Positions 29,501-35,749 of a stretch of 41,387 nucleotides of DNA are shown here, piece by piece. Source of the DNA: Arcobacteraceae bacterium (GTDB lineage Bacteria; Campylobacterota; Campylobacteria; Campylobacterales; Arcobacteraceae); NCBI GenBank assembly GCA_048268245.1, contig JBLWVX010000021.1, positions 1 to 41,387 on the forward strand. The letters are read 5' to 3'. Within the stretch, counting starts at the first letter, position 1. Every line of letters begins with the position of its first letter. The notes beneath the pieces were generated by a model. The model was given only the letters and a program-made list of their open reading frames with translations, had not been told where the DNA came from and ran no database searches. The position numbers and the translations under genes were made by a program.

Positions 29501-29684
29501 CTTTGAGTCTATTATTCAAAGTGAAGAAATTGCTATTTGGACAACTACAAATAACATTGATGAAACAGGAGCACCAATACCTCATGCTTATAAATTGACT
29601 GCTTTCTATGGCAAAAAAGATAATTTTGATATAAGAGCACAAGATGATGGTGGATATGTAAGATGTGTAAGAGATATAGAATAA
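20571..29684 (+). CDS. Giant 3037-aa modular surface lipoprotein (C2-like domains, propeller, PKD/Ig repeats, ELWxxDGT repeats, DUF1566/Lcl C-terminus)
   Basis: AAGGAG SD; lipobox ILSAC-GGG; PKD-like units (SYKW...F...GDY.V.L); Big_9-like units (P.HG...FKYT...FEG.DTFSY); ELYKTDGT/EILETDGT repeats; terminal LMWED...W..A..YC..L.LGGFTDWKIPS..E...YVRCVRD. Confidence 0.9.
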   Translation: MTLAKLKLLLLPIIAVFILSACGGGETTSSGEQTTTQETNFSEIKNVESVEKLSTSLKALNINTTQELASELEKNDPLEVFIKLKEQDDSLKSEDMLNMMKDLEKEIVLKPLLDDKKISDKAFKSLETINKSVTELKETTLRQINTFDKNEVIPEEVNEEYIKQQLIAYNNEIGAYGEEPLTLEEFKSLRNAVDKIEPVFSMIRTSLQNVEAQTTTTKKARYFSKAVIDNSKRKILNEVDENIGAIKKAPTAYLNYKPNIYQSCKVTKQTYPLQLMGKKEKISEETFEIIAYEDIEMNPSFLKDVDDKRSFQLNKKGLAQIEVRNKSNEVYTFEIDHYDNTIVSVEIPALQSKKIYLPIFQEDVCVPYLVDKDDENIELFVNDIKESKKMQRVVNEQNGSYNFEVTHTTNDNLDYFPEAKLYEFSLSKRDDLNSFVSQIDIINANEVAREIVLLKSPSGKFYQSINTMQSVPRETGKWQLLVFASHTLIADEFSFINEDKRISHIPVVNKFNDNTQNNSYKLSIHTGERSQRKKFIVAEMKNAEFSKDGEDDGNPGEVSLSLHTNMAPKLELGADINAQFGDKKSYKAYECWVDNTKDAKAFNENQACSDQKESLEQLLYEFFTKEFQSNNFDNIQIKALLSANYNNLNLRQNILFWYDREFKNRLNDYNFNLLFNTYKNIYDNWQNNVVQINDMQYPFGANYQIKDSFVSTKNNNQGALIRVVDDYMNPIIPTNIPILALSKDRMAKSTLPIAFQYSALEDDEVSKGLQIWAVTKYVLNQALAVATGNFAGLVCNTVNTMKELRKIERDGDDDPIGEADFFLNRYSTADQFYGLQNSNLDFSISGNATIPNNYTSFDKGLDKASIGCSIYGAVTTGVSLYNSVDNLINGDANFLNALNEQKDNLIAQHGANSEQVVNFTNAMNDIINQRANAETFNDLYKILNMTSTYSNGVDIYDRIEEIKDKIGGLGSQGHNTMRSEANYYFSSFDQRKTRSNITVKEVDGLPVLKTKVTLTKVHIYNNKEDGNAEVQLKTRVGVISDSNPTYSDELSSTAPYKLNGELVMDNGSKGYKTLPNLPFKGYILRSKYFKKVKDNQLLNLGTGLNMYEATYPAENKSAAFYIEIGLHENDGDTVDDDMIGVFSKTFYLEDLYNYNANFKWSHSGNTHTLSVSDFPIYDANNLQTSVELIDQERRTKQLEHNEHVLSYPSATISFTVEIEEGDYSDNIPTEISDDLIPIEEGSFEDYEKDNINLQEVSSLITSQNSKSKVFDIFKNNLLVHDGDSTLKIVSYNEHKKLQLEKTINSNELNGDYKYLLKDRKLPYMNTLRNINFIDENHILVFYSQIDATASTTMAVIDLRTNTIVNNQSIAANTNHLTVQRINEHLLRVFSIIPSSTANSGIIETYEVNANSIQKLATKNINSIPYELLVLDNDNLLLKSYNIVKKSADTWAHKKRFYTFYKLEDNQLIETQLYQDNLNISDTNMSIDYIQSSDKRAMYNINHSNFNRIISHEKWSNKNYFKKLIYNYESKQYRFTQEQPYSTYMQDYLIQNEKYGFTVKKNLEPYDSKATRLRFNAKATEITSSFDSINKLTFLDERYLLIEGSRNNGNNGIKILDTQYALPILDFDKKGLQEVKKNTHLNLRSVLTNNPNDETLSYKWYYKKSNEYEKQEAGNEDTFSHSFSINGDYIVFLEATTLAGEVLKKQIEVKVISTPDINTLPEVTLTPLSKEINLGQGVSFTATATDEDDDILKYEWSVQKDNGTPVVSIGSNTFYKQFSQTGDYKVTLKVIDTQGAYTAKTANILVTKASSVDYTLTERNATVKNKEVVHINVGYSGNAINIYEQPKHGEIELYSIGGEEGAFKYTSTDCFEGEDTFSYAYNNEYGLVKVDVQSYIEDFTVKNINKKVYANESISGEIDTTSNVRIIRQAQNGVATVTNRPRQNALFEYTPNKKFEGNDYIVFAVTKTHGTCSKEVTARINFEVKENSAPSVNLTPADKTISLFQSITFNVVASDMEDEESLLRYKWSINKNNEGAQALKNLSSTYTKKFNEEGIYDISVEVTDTKNETTKKTTRITVEKSPVSYTLIERVANIKNKEETHIIVGYHGDDINIYEQPKHGQIELYSIGGEEGAFKYTSTDCFEGQDTFSYEFNNEYGLVKVNIQSPINDFTLENIQREIVNTTTLQEEVNTLGDISLSTNAQNGKVDLINISGRKPVFIYTPSSNFIGDDYFEYTITKEQDGCSKQVSARVDITVTGIPQKKTKLIAMCQDPYNIGKELYKTDGTKDGTSLVKNINWSKNNSNIYIPENTKLGDTQYFVERNSGYKAEPWSTQGSDADTQVHEINTNNSFNAANLYGNSNPSNFVKFDNHIFFTASNNGFADYGLYIIDENKNFTRIANTVGFRYKVLNNKLNFMYENGNNIQIQKVNSSLDGIETIHTFTNHDTGSLADYSNTFTNIDDKLIFSLRDENPSSPLTGLSLYSLVEGNEPIRLSTIYQVNNYAQDLVKANNKVYVISDKTGDNSTQAREILETDGTKDGTRSILTMSDKFRINNLVSANNKLYFRAVENVEASSYDKHHLYEYDLENSLLNVIYSFQTIGAQDSISEITTFENKILFTKRVTIDGKLEEKQFVSDGTSANTIMYLDNKNQEDLKAPYILNNKYFFENTMGELYETDFTLEGTEKVIPNTCDIYPDSFSFIDVNSSELDTLHEDSITVEGINYPETKVSISGNGEYSLDNKLSWTSEESTVGNGQEIWVRLRSSNSYNTTVSTTLNVGERSDTFSIKTKTEALDIPDKFTFTDVSDVELNSVQTASVTITGINVPVNLTINDGDSQYSLDNGITWSNSNTTVENNQTILVKHTSASSYKGSATTTLKVGGVSDIFDSTTKAEVQNIENVVTKGNLMWEDTSHVKTEIPTWFMANAYCQDLELGGFTDWKIPSLEEGNTIQVAGLTINYEPYTQENQYDEPYPDSITIADDFESIIQSEEIAIWTTTNNIDETGAPIPHAYKLTAFYGKKDNFDIRAQDDGGYVRCVRDIE
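26085..27050 (+). repeat. Intragenic direct repeat, 26085-26237 and 26898-27050 (813-nt period)
   Basis: 47 of 51 aa identical (INIYEQPKHG.IELYSIGGEEGAFKYTSTDCFEG.DTFSY..NNEYGLVKV); part of a duplicated PKD-Ig-Ig unit. Confidence 0.9.
28644..29230 (+). repeat. Two tandem Ig-like repeats of about 101 aa (PD.F.F.DV...YSLDN...W...T.L.VG..SD.F...TK)
   Basis: Repeat starts at 28644 and 28947 (303-nt period), visible at the protein level. Confidence 0.8.
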
Positions 29685-29709
29685 AGTAGAGGACAAAGCC
29701 TCTACTTTA
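29682..29709. terminator. Hairpin shared by the convergent giant gene and response regulator
   Basis: TAAAGTAGAGG-acaaag-CCTCTACTTTA perfect 11-bp inverted repeat; both stop codons form the base of the stem. Confidence 0.75.
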
Positions 29710-30390
29710 AATATTAATTCTATACCCAACTCCTGAAATTGTTTCTAAAAATTTATAGTTTAATTTAGCTCTTAATCTACCAACAAGAGTTCTTCTTGTA
29801 TTTTCATTTGGCAACTTATCAGGCCAAATTTCATTTTCCATTTCATATATAGAAACTATTGAATTATTTGCTTTTATTAAAAGATATAAGAGTTGTAATT
29901 CCCTTTTTGTTAGATGAATATTTTCTCCTCTAAAAATCAACTGATTTGCTTTTATATCAAAACTGAATTCATCATCAAACTTTACATCCCCTACTCTTTG
30001 CTTTTTATTTACTCTATTTTTCTCATAAGATAAATCTGCCATTTTTAAAGACGCAAAAAGCTCGCTTTTATTAAAAGGTTTTACTAAATAAGAACTTGGT
30101 TCTGTTTTTATTGCTCTAGTTATAGTTGTTTCATCACTAAAAGCAGTAAGATATATAATAGAAGTATTAATTTCTTCTTTGATAATACTAGCGGTATCTA
30201 TACCATCAATATCACCTTTTATTCTAATATCCATCATAATAATATGAGGTTTAAACTCTATAGCTTTTTCAACTGCATCTTTAAAGTTATTTGTAATTGC
30301 TACTACTTCATAATCAAGGTATTCTAAATAAGAGGATAACTCCATAGCTACAATACTCTCATCTTCAACTATCATAATTGGTATTTTCAT
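29707..30390 (-). CDS. Response regulator (receiver plus winged-helix DNA-binding domain)
   Basis: IVEDE, MMDI, YLTA and YLVKPF; C-terminal LTKRE..LL..L...IW...RLRAKL...ETISGVGYRI. Confidence 0.92.
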   Translation of the reverse strand: MKIPIMIVEDESIVAMELSSYLEYLDYEVVAITNNFKDAVEKAIEFKPHIIMMDIRIKGDIDGIDTASIIKEEINTSIIYLTAFSDETTITRAIKTEPSSYLVKPFNKSELFASLKMADLSYEKNRVNKKQRVGDVKFDDEFSFDIKANQLIFRGENIHLTKRELQLLYLLIKANNSIVSIYEMENEIWPDKLPNENTRRTLVGRLRAKLNYKFLETISGVGYRINI

Positions 30391-32126
30391 ATTCTAAACC
30401 TTATATCGTATTCACACACACCATCTAAGTTAATATCTATAGTTCCATCTAGTTGTACTGAAACTAAGTTTTCAACTAACTTTAATCCTAATGACTTTTG
30501 ACTAATACTCTCTTTTTTATAACCATTCCCTCCATCTTTAACTTCTAAGAAATAATCATAGTGTTTAAAATAAAGTTTTATTGAAATATCATTAGAATTA
30601 GAATACTTTATGCTATTTGTAATCAATTCATTTATTATAATTCCAAGATAAACAGCATATTTTAGTGGCATTTTAACTTCTGTTTGTATATCAATATTTA
30701 AGTGTTTTAAATAAGAGCTTTCAATATCTTCACAAAGACTATAAATATACTCATACATATCAATATTTTCAATATCATCATTTAGATATAAAATTTCATG
30801 TGTTTTAGATATAGATTTAATTCTACTCTCTAATTTTAAAAACTGTTCTTTTACATCCTTTGATGAGCTCTTTGTTCCTTGAAGTCTTATAATAGAAAGT
30901 ATAATTTGAAGATTGTTTTTAACTCTATGATGAAGTTCTCTATATAAATCTTTTAAAAGTTTTGTTCTTAAAGCCACTTTTGATTCTATAATTTCATTTC
31001 TTTGTTTTAATTCATCTAAAAGTTTTTTATTTATTTCATTTTTTTCTTTTTGTAAGATATTTAGTCTATCCACAAAAGCTAAAAGTAAAAAGAAGGCCTC
31101 AAATATAGTCAAAACAAGCACTAAACTTGGGAAATAATACATAAGTGAGTAAATACCTAAAGCATCTATGATACTAAAGAAGAAACCTATAATTACAAAA
31201 CTCCAACCAGCTATAAAAAATCTTGCTTGTTTATTTCCCTTTTTATAAATATATATGGCAACAAATAAATTATAAAAAATAAAAATAAGTCCTGTAATTA
31301 CAATAAATTCAGGATAATAAAACCAAGGTGTTGATAAGAAAAAAATTTGAATTATTGATATAAAAACTAGTAGCTTATAAACGCTATCAATTTTTCTATA
31401 ATTTGCTGTTTTTAAAAAACTCCTTGCAAAAAATATAGCAGCAATAATCATCAAACCAACTTTAGGAATAACTGCTAAATTATCCCAATAAGTAAATGGT
31501 GTAGGCATATACAAAGGTAAAAAACCAACATATGTTAACTGTTGAAATACTAAAGCTAAAATATAACCAACATAAATAATATAGCTTTTATCTTTTGTAT
31601 AAAAATATAATCCTAAGGCATAGATTACAAAAGCACCTAAAAACCCTATACATAAAATAATAGTAAATTGTCTCTTTTTATCTTTACTTAAAAACTCTTC
31701 TTTATCAACTAAGGAAATAGTAAATTGCAAGGATGTTGTAGAGTTTTGAACTTTTAGATATGCAATAGTTGAATTTAAACTATTTAAATCAAAACTTGCA
31801 GTGATACTATTTTTAGGGTATGTTATTCCAGTAGTCTTTATTAAATTAAAGTTTTCGTTATAAAGCTCAATTTTTTCTAATAAAGGGTTGTCTATTTCTA
31901 AAAGTTTATTACTATTTTTATCAATAAAAAACTTCAACCAAATTGTAGTGCCTTTTACAAAACCTAAATTTATATGCCTTGTGTTTAAGCTTTTAAACTC
32001 TTTTGTTTTAATTTGATTTAAAGATAAATCCTTTTTATCAATATAAATTTGAGTATTTGATAAATAATCTGCATGAAGAATATTGTAAAATAAGAAAAGT
32101 ATGATAAAAAAGTGCGTTTTTTTCAT
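30387..32126 (-). CDS. 7TM-DISM sensor histidine kinase (HisKA_2 type)
   Basis: Signal peptide, DISMED2-like domain (NLGF....WLKF...LEIDNPLLEKIELY), 7 TM helices, RELHHRVKNNLQ, NELITNSIKY, KDGGNG and SLGLKLV. Confidence 0.9.
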   Translation of the reverse strand: MKKTHFFIILFLFYNILHADYLSNTQIYIDKKDLSLNQIKTKEFKSLNTRHINLGFVKGTTIWLKFFIDKNSNKLLEIDNPLLEKIELYNENFNLIKTTGITYPKNSITASFDLNSLNSTIAYLKVQNSTTSLQFTISLVDKEEFLSKDKKRQFTIILCIGFLGAFVIYALGLYFYTKDKSYIIYVGYILALVFQQLTYVGFLPLYMPTPFTYWDNLAVIPKVGLMIIAAIFFARSFLKTANYRKIDSVYKLLVFISIIQIFFLSTPWFYYPEFIVITGLIFIFYNLFVAIYIYKKGNKQARFFIAGWSFVIIGFFFSIIDALGIYSLMYYFPSLVLVLTIFEAFFLLLAFVDRLNILQKEKNEINKKLLDELKQRNEIIESKVALRTKLLKDLYRELHHRVKNNLQIILSIIRLQGTKSSSKDVKEQFLKLESRIKSISKTHEILYLNDDIENIDMYEYIYSLCEDIESSYLKHLNIDIQTEVKMPLKYAVYLGIIINELITNSIKYSNSNDISIKLYFKHYDYFLEVKDGGNGYKKESISQKSLGLKLVENLVSVQLDGTIDINLDGVCEYDIRFRI

Positions 32127-32193
32127 TAATACAACTTTATATTTATAATATAAAATTATACTAAATTATAAATAATACATATATTAGAAATAC

Positions 32194-32226
32194 TAATTTA
32201 GTAGCAAATAAGTTGCTACTAAATTA
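32194..32226 (-). terminator. Terminator-like hairpin after livF
   Basis: TAATTTAGTAGCAA-ataag-TTGCTACTAAATTA 14-bp inverted repeat directly after the stop codon. Confidence 0.7.
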
Positions 32227-32227
32227 T

Positions 32228-32923
32228 TTAAGCACCAAGATATTTTGCTCTAATATCATCAGAGTCTATAAGTTCACTACCTTTTCCTTCAAGTGCTATC
32301 TCACCATTTTCTAAAACATAAGCATAATCAGAGATTTCTAAAGCTGCAAAGGCATTTTGTTCAACTAATAAAATTGTAATACCTTCATCTCTTAATTTTT
32401 CAATTGTTTGAAATAACTCACCTACAATTTTTGGAGCAAGTCCAAGTGAAGGTTCATCTAGCATAAGAAGTTTTGGGCTTGACATTAAAGCTCTAGCAAT
32501 TGCTAGCATTTGTTGTTCCCCTCCACTCATAGTTCCTGCTAACTGACCTTTTTTTGATACAAGTCTAGGGAATAGTTTAAACATATGCTCTAATAACTCT
32601 TCATATTTACTATCATTATTAAAAGCACCCATTCTAAGATTTTCTTCAATTGTTAAGTTTTGAAAACATCTTCTTCCCTCTGGAACAAGTGCAATATGAC
32701 TTTGTATAATCTTATGAGTTTTCATCTTTGAAATATCATTATCTACATATACAATACTTCCAGTTTTTTTAACATCATTTACGATTGATTGTAATGTTGA
32801 AGTTTTACCTGCACCATTACTTCCAATAAGTGAAACAATTTGTCCCTCACCTACTTCAAAGTCAATACCTTTTACTGCATTTATTAATCCATAATATACT
32901 TTTAAATCTTTTACTTTAAGCAT
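32228..32923 (-). CDS. livF: Branched-chain amino acid ABC transporter ATPase
   Basis: GSNGAGKT, VPEGRR, MSGGEQQMLAIARALM, LDEPSLGLAP and LVEQNA. ATG at 32923 has a GGAGA SD. Confidence 0.92.
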   Translation of the reverse strand: MLKVKDLKVYYGLINAVKGIDFEVGEGQIVSLIGSNGAGKTSTLQSIVNDVKKTGSIVYVDNDISKMKTHKIIQSHIALVPEGRRCFQNLTIEENLRMGAFNNDSKYEELLEHMFKLFPRLVSKKGQLAGTMSGGEQQMLAIARALMSSPKLLMLDEPSLGLAPKIVGELFQTIEKLRDEGITILLVEQNAFAALEISDYAYVLENGEIALEGKGSELIDSDDIRAKYLGA

Positions 32924-33683
32924 GTTTAAAATCTCCAAGGTAAGCTTTTATAACTTCTTCATCTTTGATGGCATCTTTAATATCACCTTCAAAAATAGTT
33001 TTCCCATAATCAAGAACCATAACTCTATCACAAAGTTTATTTACAAATTTCATATCATGTTCAATCAATAAAATCGTAACATCAAACTCATCTCTAATCT
33101 TAAAGAAAAGCTCTGCTAATTCATGTGTTTCTTGGGGGTTCATACCTGCTGCTGGTTCATCTAAAAGTAGAAGTTGTGGAGCTGCTGCTAAGGCTCTTGC
33201 TATCTCTACTTTTCTTTGCTGACCATAAGATAATGATGTAGACATTTCATTTGCAAACTCTGCAATGCCTAAAACTTCCATAATCTCGAAAGCTCTTTTT
33301 CTAATTCGTCTCTCTTCTAAGAAAAATCTTGGAAATCTAAGCATCGCTTCAAGATATGAATATGAAGCTTGATAATCAAAACCAATTAAAACATTATCTA
33401 AAACACTCATCGAGTTAAATAATCTAATATTTTGGAAAGTTCTTGCAATTCCTCTATGTACAATCTTATGTGGCTTTATACCATTTAAAGTTTGTCCATG
33501 GAACTTAATAGAACCTTCAGTTGGTTCATAATTTCCTGTAATGATATTAAACATAGTAGTCTTACCAGCTCCATTTGGACCAATAAGACCATAAATTTCT
33601 TTAGAATTTACATGAAAAGAGGTGTCTTTTATAGCAGTAACTCCTCCAAATTTCTTAGTTACGTTACATACTTCTAAAATCAT
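32916..33683 (-). CDS. livG: Branched-chain amino acid ABC transporter ATPase
   Basis: FGGVTA, GPNGAGKTT, ARTFQNIRLF, LSYGQQR, LDEPAAG, IEHDM and VIKAYLG. Confidence 0.92.
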   Translation of the reverse strand: MILEVCNVTKKFGGVTAIKDTSFHVNSKEIYGLIGPNGAGKTTMFNIITGNYEPTEGSIKFHGQTLNGIKPHKIVHRGIARTFQNIRLFNSMSVLDNVLIGFDYQASYSYLEAMLRFPRFFLEERRIRKRAFEIMEVLGIAEFANEMSTSLSYGQQRKVEIARALAAAPQLLLLDEPAAGMNPQETHELAELFFKIRDEFDVTILLIEHDMKFVNKLCDRVMVLDYGKTIFEGDIKDAIKDEEVIKAYLGDFKHA

Positions 33684-34726
33684 TTATTCCCCTTTTTTCT
33701 TTTGAAAATCTTAAGATCAAATAACTCTTTTTTACCCATAAGCCCTTCTCTTGCAAATAACATTACAATAATAAGAACTAGTGAGAATACAACCATTCTC
33801 ATTCCTGGTGTTCCTTCTGTTTGGAAACCAAAAATATTCATAGGTTCATCTAAGAATCTTGCCCATTCTAATCCTGCCATTACAAAAATAGTTCCAAGAA
33901 TTGCTCCTGTAGTTGAACCTAAACCACCTAAAATAATGATGATTAGTAACTGGAATGTAAGTAAGAATGTAAATAAATCTGGACTGATTGAAGTTAAAAG
34001 TGCAGCTAATAAACCACCACCAACACCTTCAAAAAATGCTGAAGTACAGAATGCTAAAGTTTTTGTTTTAAATGTATTAATTCCCATAGCTGTTGCTGCA
34101 TCTTCATCATCTCTTACAGCTTTCATAGCTCTTCCATATTTTGAATAGATTACATTTAAAATTGCTAATACAGTAAAAATAGCAATTCCACCTGTCCAAT
34201 AAAGGTTTGAAAACTCTGGAATATCATTTAATCCTAATGAACCGTTAGTAATTTGTGGATTATTTATAGCTAAAATCTTGATAATAAAACCAAAACCTAA
34301 AGTAACAATAGCTAAATAATCCCCTCTTACTCTAAATACAGGGAAAGATAAAGTTAATGCTAAAAGTGCAGAAATGATACCTGAAAAAAGCAGTGCCCAT
34401 GCAAAATCAGCTTGAAGTGCTAAAACCCATTCAGACGGATCTTCTAAATAGAACTGATAAAGCATAGTATCTGCATCTAAAGTTAAAATAGCAGTAACAT
34501 AAGCACCAACTGCAACAAATCCATTTGGTTCAAGTGATAACTGTCCTGTTACACCATTTATAAGATTATATGAAACTGCTAGAATAATAAAAATACAAAC
34601 ATTGTTTATAATTCTTACAGTGTAATCATCAAATGCTACTTGAGCGAACCATGTAAACCAAATAGTAACTACTATAATACTTAAATTTATTAATCTTTGT
34701 TTTGTAAATATTGTATCGTTCATCAT
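33680..34726 (-). CDS. livM: Branched-chain amino acid ABC transporter permease
   Basis: NLINGVTGQLSL, RVRGDYLAIVTLGFG, GRAMKAVRDDEDAA and ILGGLGS. Confidence 0.9.
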   Translation of the reverse strand: MMNDTIFTKQRLINLSIIVVTIWFTWFAQVAFDDYTVRIINNVCIFIILAVSYNLINGVTGQLSLEPNGFVAVGAYVTAILTLDADTMLYQFYLEDPSEWVLALQADFAWALLFSGIISALLALTLSFPVFRVRGDYLAIVTLGFGFIIKILAINNPQITNGSLGLNDIPEFSNLYWTGGIAIFTVLAILNVIYSKYGRAMKAVRDDEDAATAMGINTFKTKTLAFCTSAFFEGVGGGLLAALLTSISPDLFTFLLTFQLLIIIILGGLGSTTGAILGTIFVMAGLEWARFLDEPMNIFGFQTEGTPGMRMVVFSLVLIIVMLFAREGLMGKKELFDLKIFKRKKGNK

Positions 34727-34728
34727 GA

Positions 34729-35625
34729 TTAAAACCTACTCTTTTCTAAATCTTCACCCATAATTCCAGTTGGTTTAAAAATAAGAACTAAAATTAAGAA
34801 GATAAATGCAAAGGCATCTTTATAACCACCAAGCTCAGGCCAAAAAGCAATAACAACAACTTCTGTAAATCCAATAATAAATCCACCAATAACAGCCCCA
34901 GTTACAGAACCAATTCCTCCAACAACAGCAGCAGCAAAGGCTTTAAGTCCAACAAGAACTCCCATCATAGGCTCAACAGAAGGATAGTTTACTACCCAAA
35001 AAATCCCACCAACAGCAGCAAGAGCAGAACCTAAGGCAAACACAATAGAAATAATCATATTTGCATCAATTCCCATAAGATTTACAGTTTTAAAATCAAA
35101 TGATAAAGCTCTAATTGCCATCCCGTATTTTGTTTTGTATAATACAAATAAAATACCTACAAGTAAAATCAATGTAACAATTGGAACCATAATAGAAGAT
35201 ACTGTAAAAGTAACCCCTGCTACATTAAAAATGTTTTCCATATACTCAGGAACAGGAAAGGCTCTTGGAACTCCACCTGCAAATACTGTAAAGGCATTTT
35301 CTAAGAAAAAAGAGATACCAATAGCTGTAATAAGTAATGAAATTCTTGGTGCTTCTCTTAAAGGCTTATAAGCAATCTTATCTGTTAAGATACCAACTAA
35401 AGCAGATAATGTTACTGCAAGTAAAACTGCAACACTAAAAGGTAATTGAAAAATTGCTAAAAACGCATAACCTAAAAAGGCACCAACCATCATAATATCC
35501 CCATGGGCAAAGTTAATAAGCCTCAAAACCCCGTATACCATCGTATACCCTATTGCAATTAATGCGTACATAGATCCAAGTGAGAACCCATTTACCATTT
35601 GTTGCATAAATGTTAAAATATCCAT
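34729..35625 (-). CDS. livH: Branched-chain amino acid ABC transporter permease
   Basis: NGFSLGSMYALIAIGYTMVYGVLRLINFAHG and KAFAAAVVGGIGS. Confidence 0.92.
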   Translation of the reverse strand: MDILTFMQQMVNGFSLGSMYALIAIGYTMVYGVLRLINFAHGDIMMVGAFLGYAFLAIFQLPFSVAVLLAVTLSALVGILTDKIAYKPLREAPRISLLITAIGISFFLENAFTVFAGGVPRAFPVPEYMENIFNVAGVTFTVSSIMVPIVTLILLVGILFVLYKTKYGMAIRALSFDFKTVNLMGIDANMIISIVFALGSALAAVGGIFWVVNYPSVEPMMGVLVGLKAFAAAVVGGIGSVTGAVIGGFIIGFTEVVVIAFWPELGGYKDAFAFIFLILVLIFKPTGIMGEDLEKSRF

Positions 35626-35695
35626 CAAAACTCCCTAGTTTGTAAAAAATACCCTTTTACAATAGGAAAAGTAATACCATTGCTTTTCCTATAGC

Positions 35696-35731
35696 AAAAA
35701 AAAAGTCTAGCAAACTTATTGCTAGACTTTT
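35696..35731 (-). terminator. Intrinsic terminator after the Liv binding-protein gene
   Basis: AAAAGTCTAGCAA-actta-TTGCTAGACTTTT with an A-run at 35696-35704 (U-tract on the minus strand). Confidence 0.8.
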
Positions 35732-35749
35732 AAATAGTTGATTAAAAAA

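Noticed and set aside
29260..29684. DUF1566 tip as the target of a diversity-generating retroelement
   Set aside because: No reverse transcriptase and no template-repeat copy of the 3' end were found in the window. A remote DGR cannot be excluded.
20571..29684. RTX/T1SS adhesin or autotransporter
   Set aside because: No GGxGxD nonapeptide repeats and no C-terminal beta-barrel; the protein has a lipoprotein signal instead.
20531..29729. Six minus-strand ORFs inside the giant gene
   Set aside because: Antisense shadows with no motifs, as expected in 9 kb of coding DNA.
20347..32227. Integrative element or prophage boundaries around the giant gene module
   Set aside because: No integrase, transposase, tRNA or flanking direct repeats were seen.
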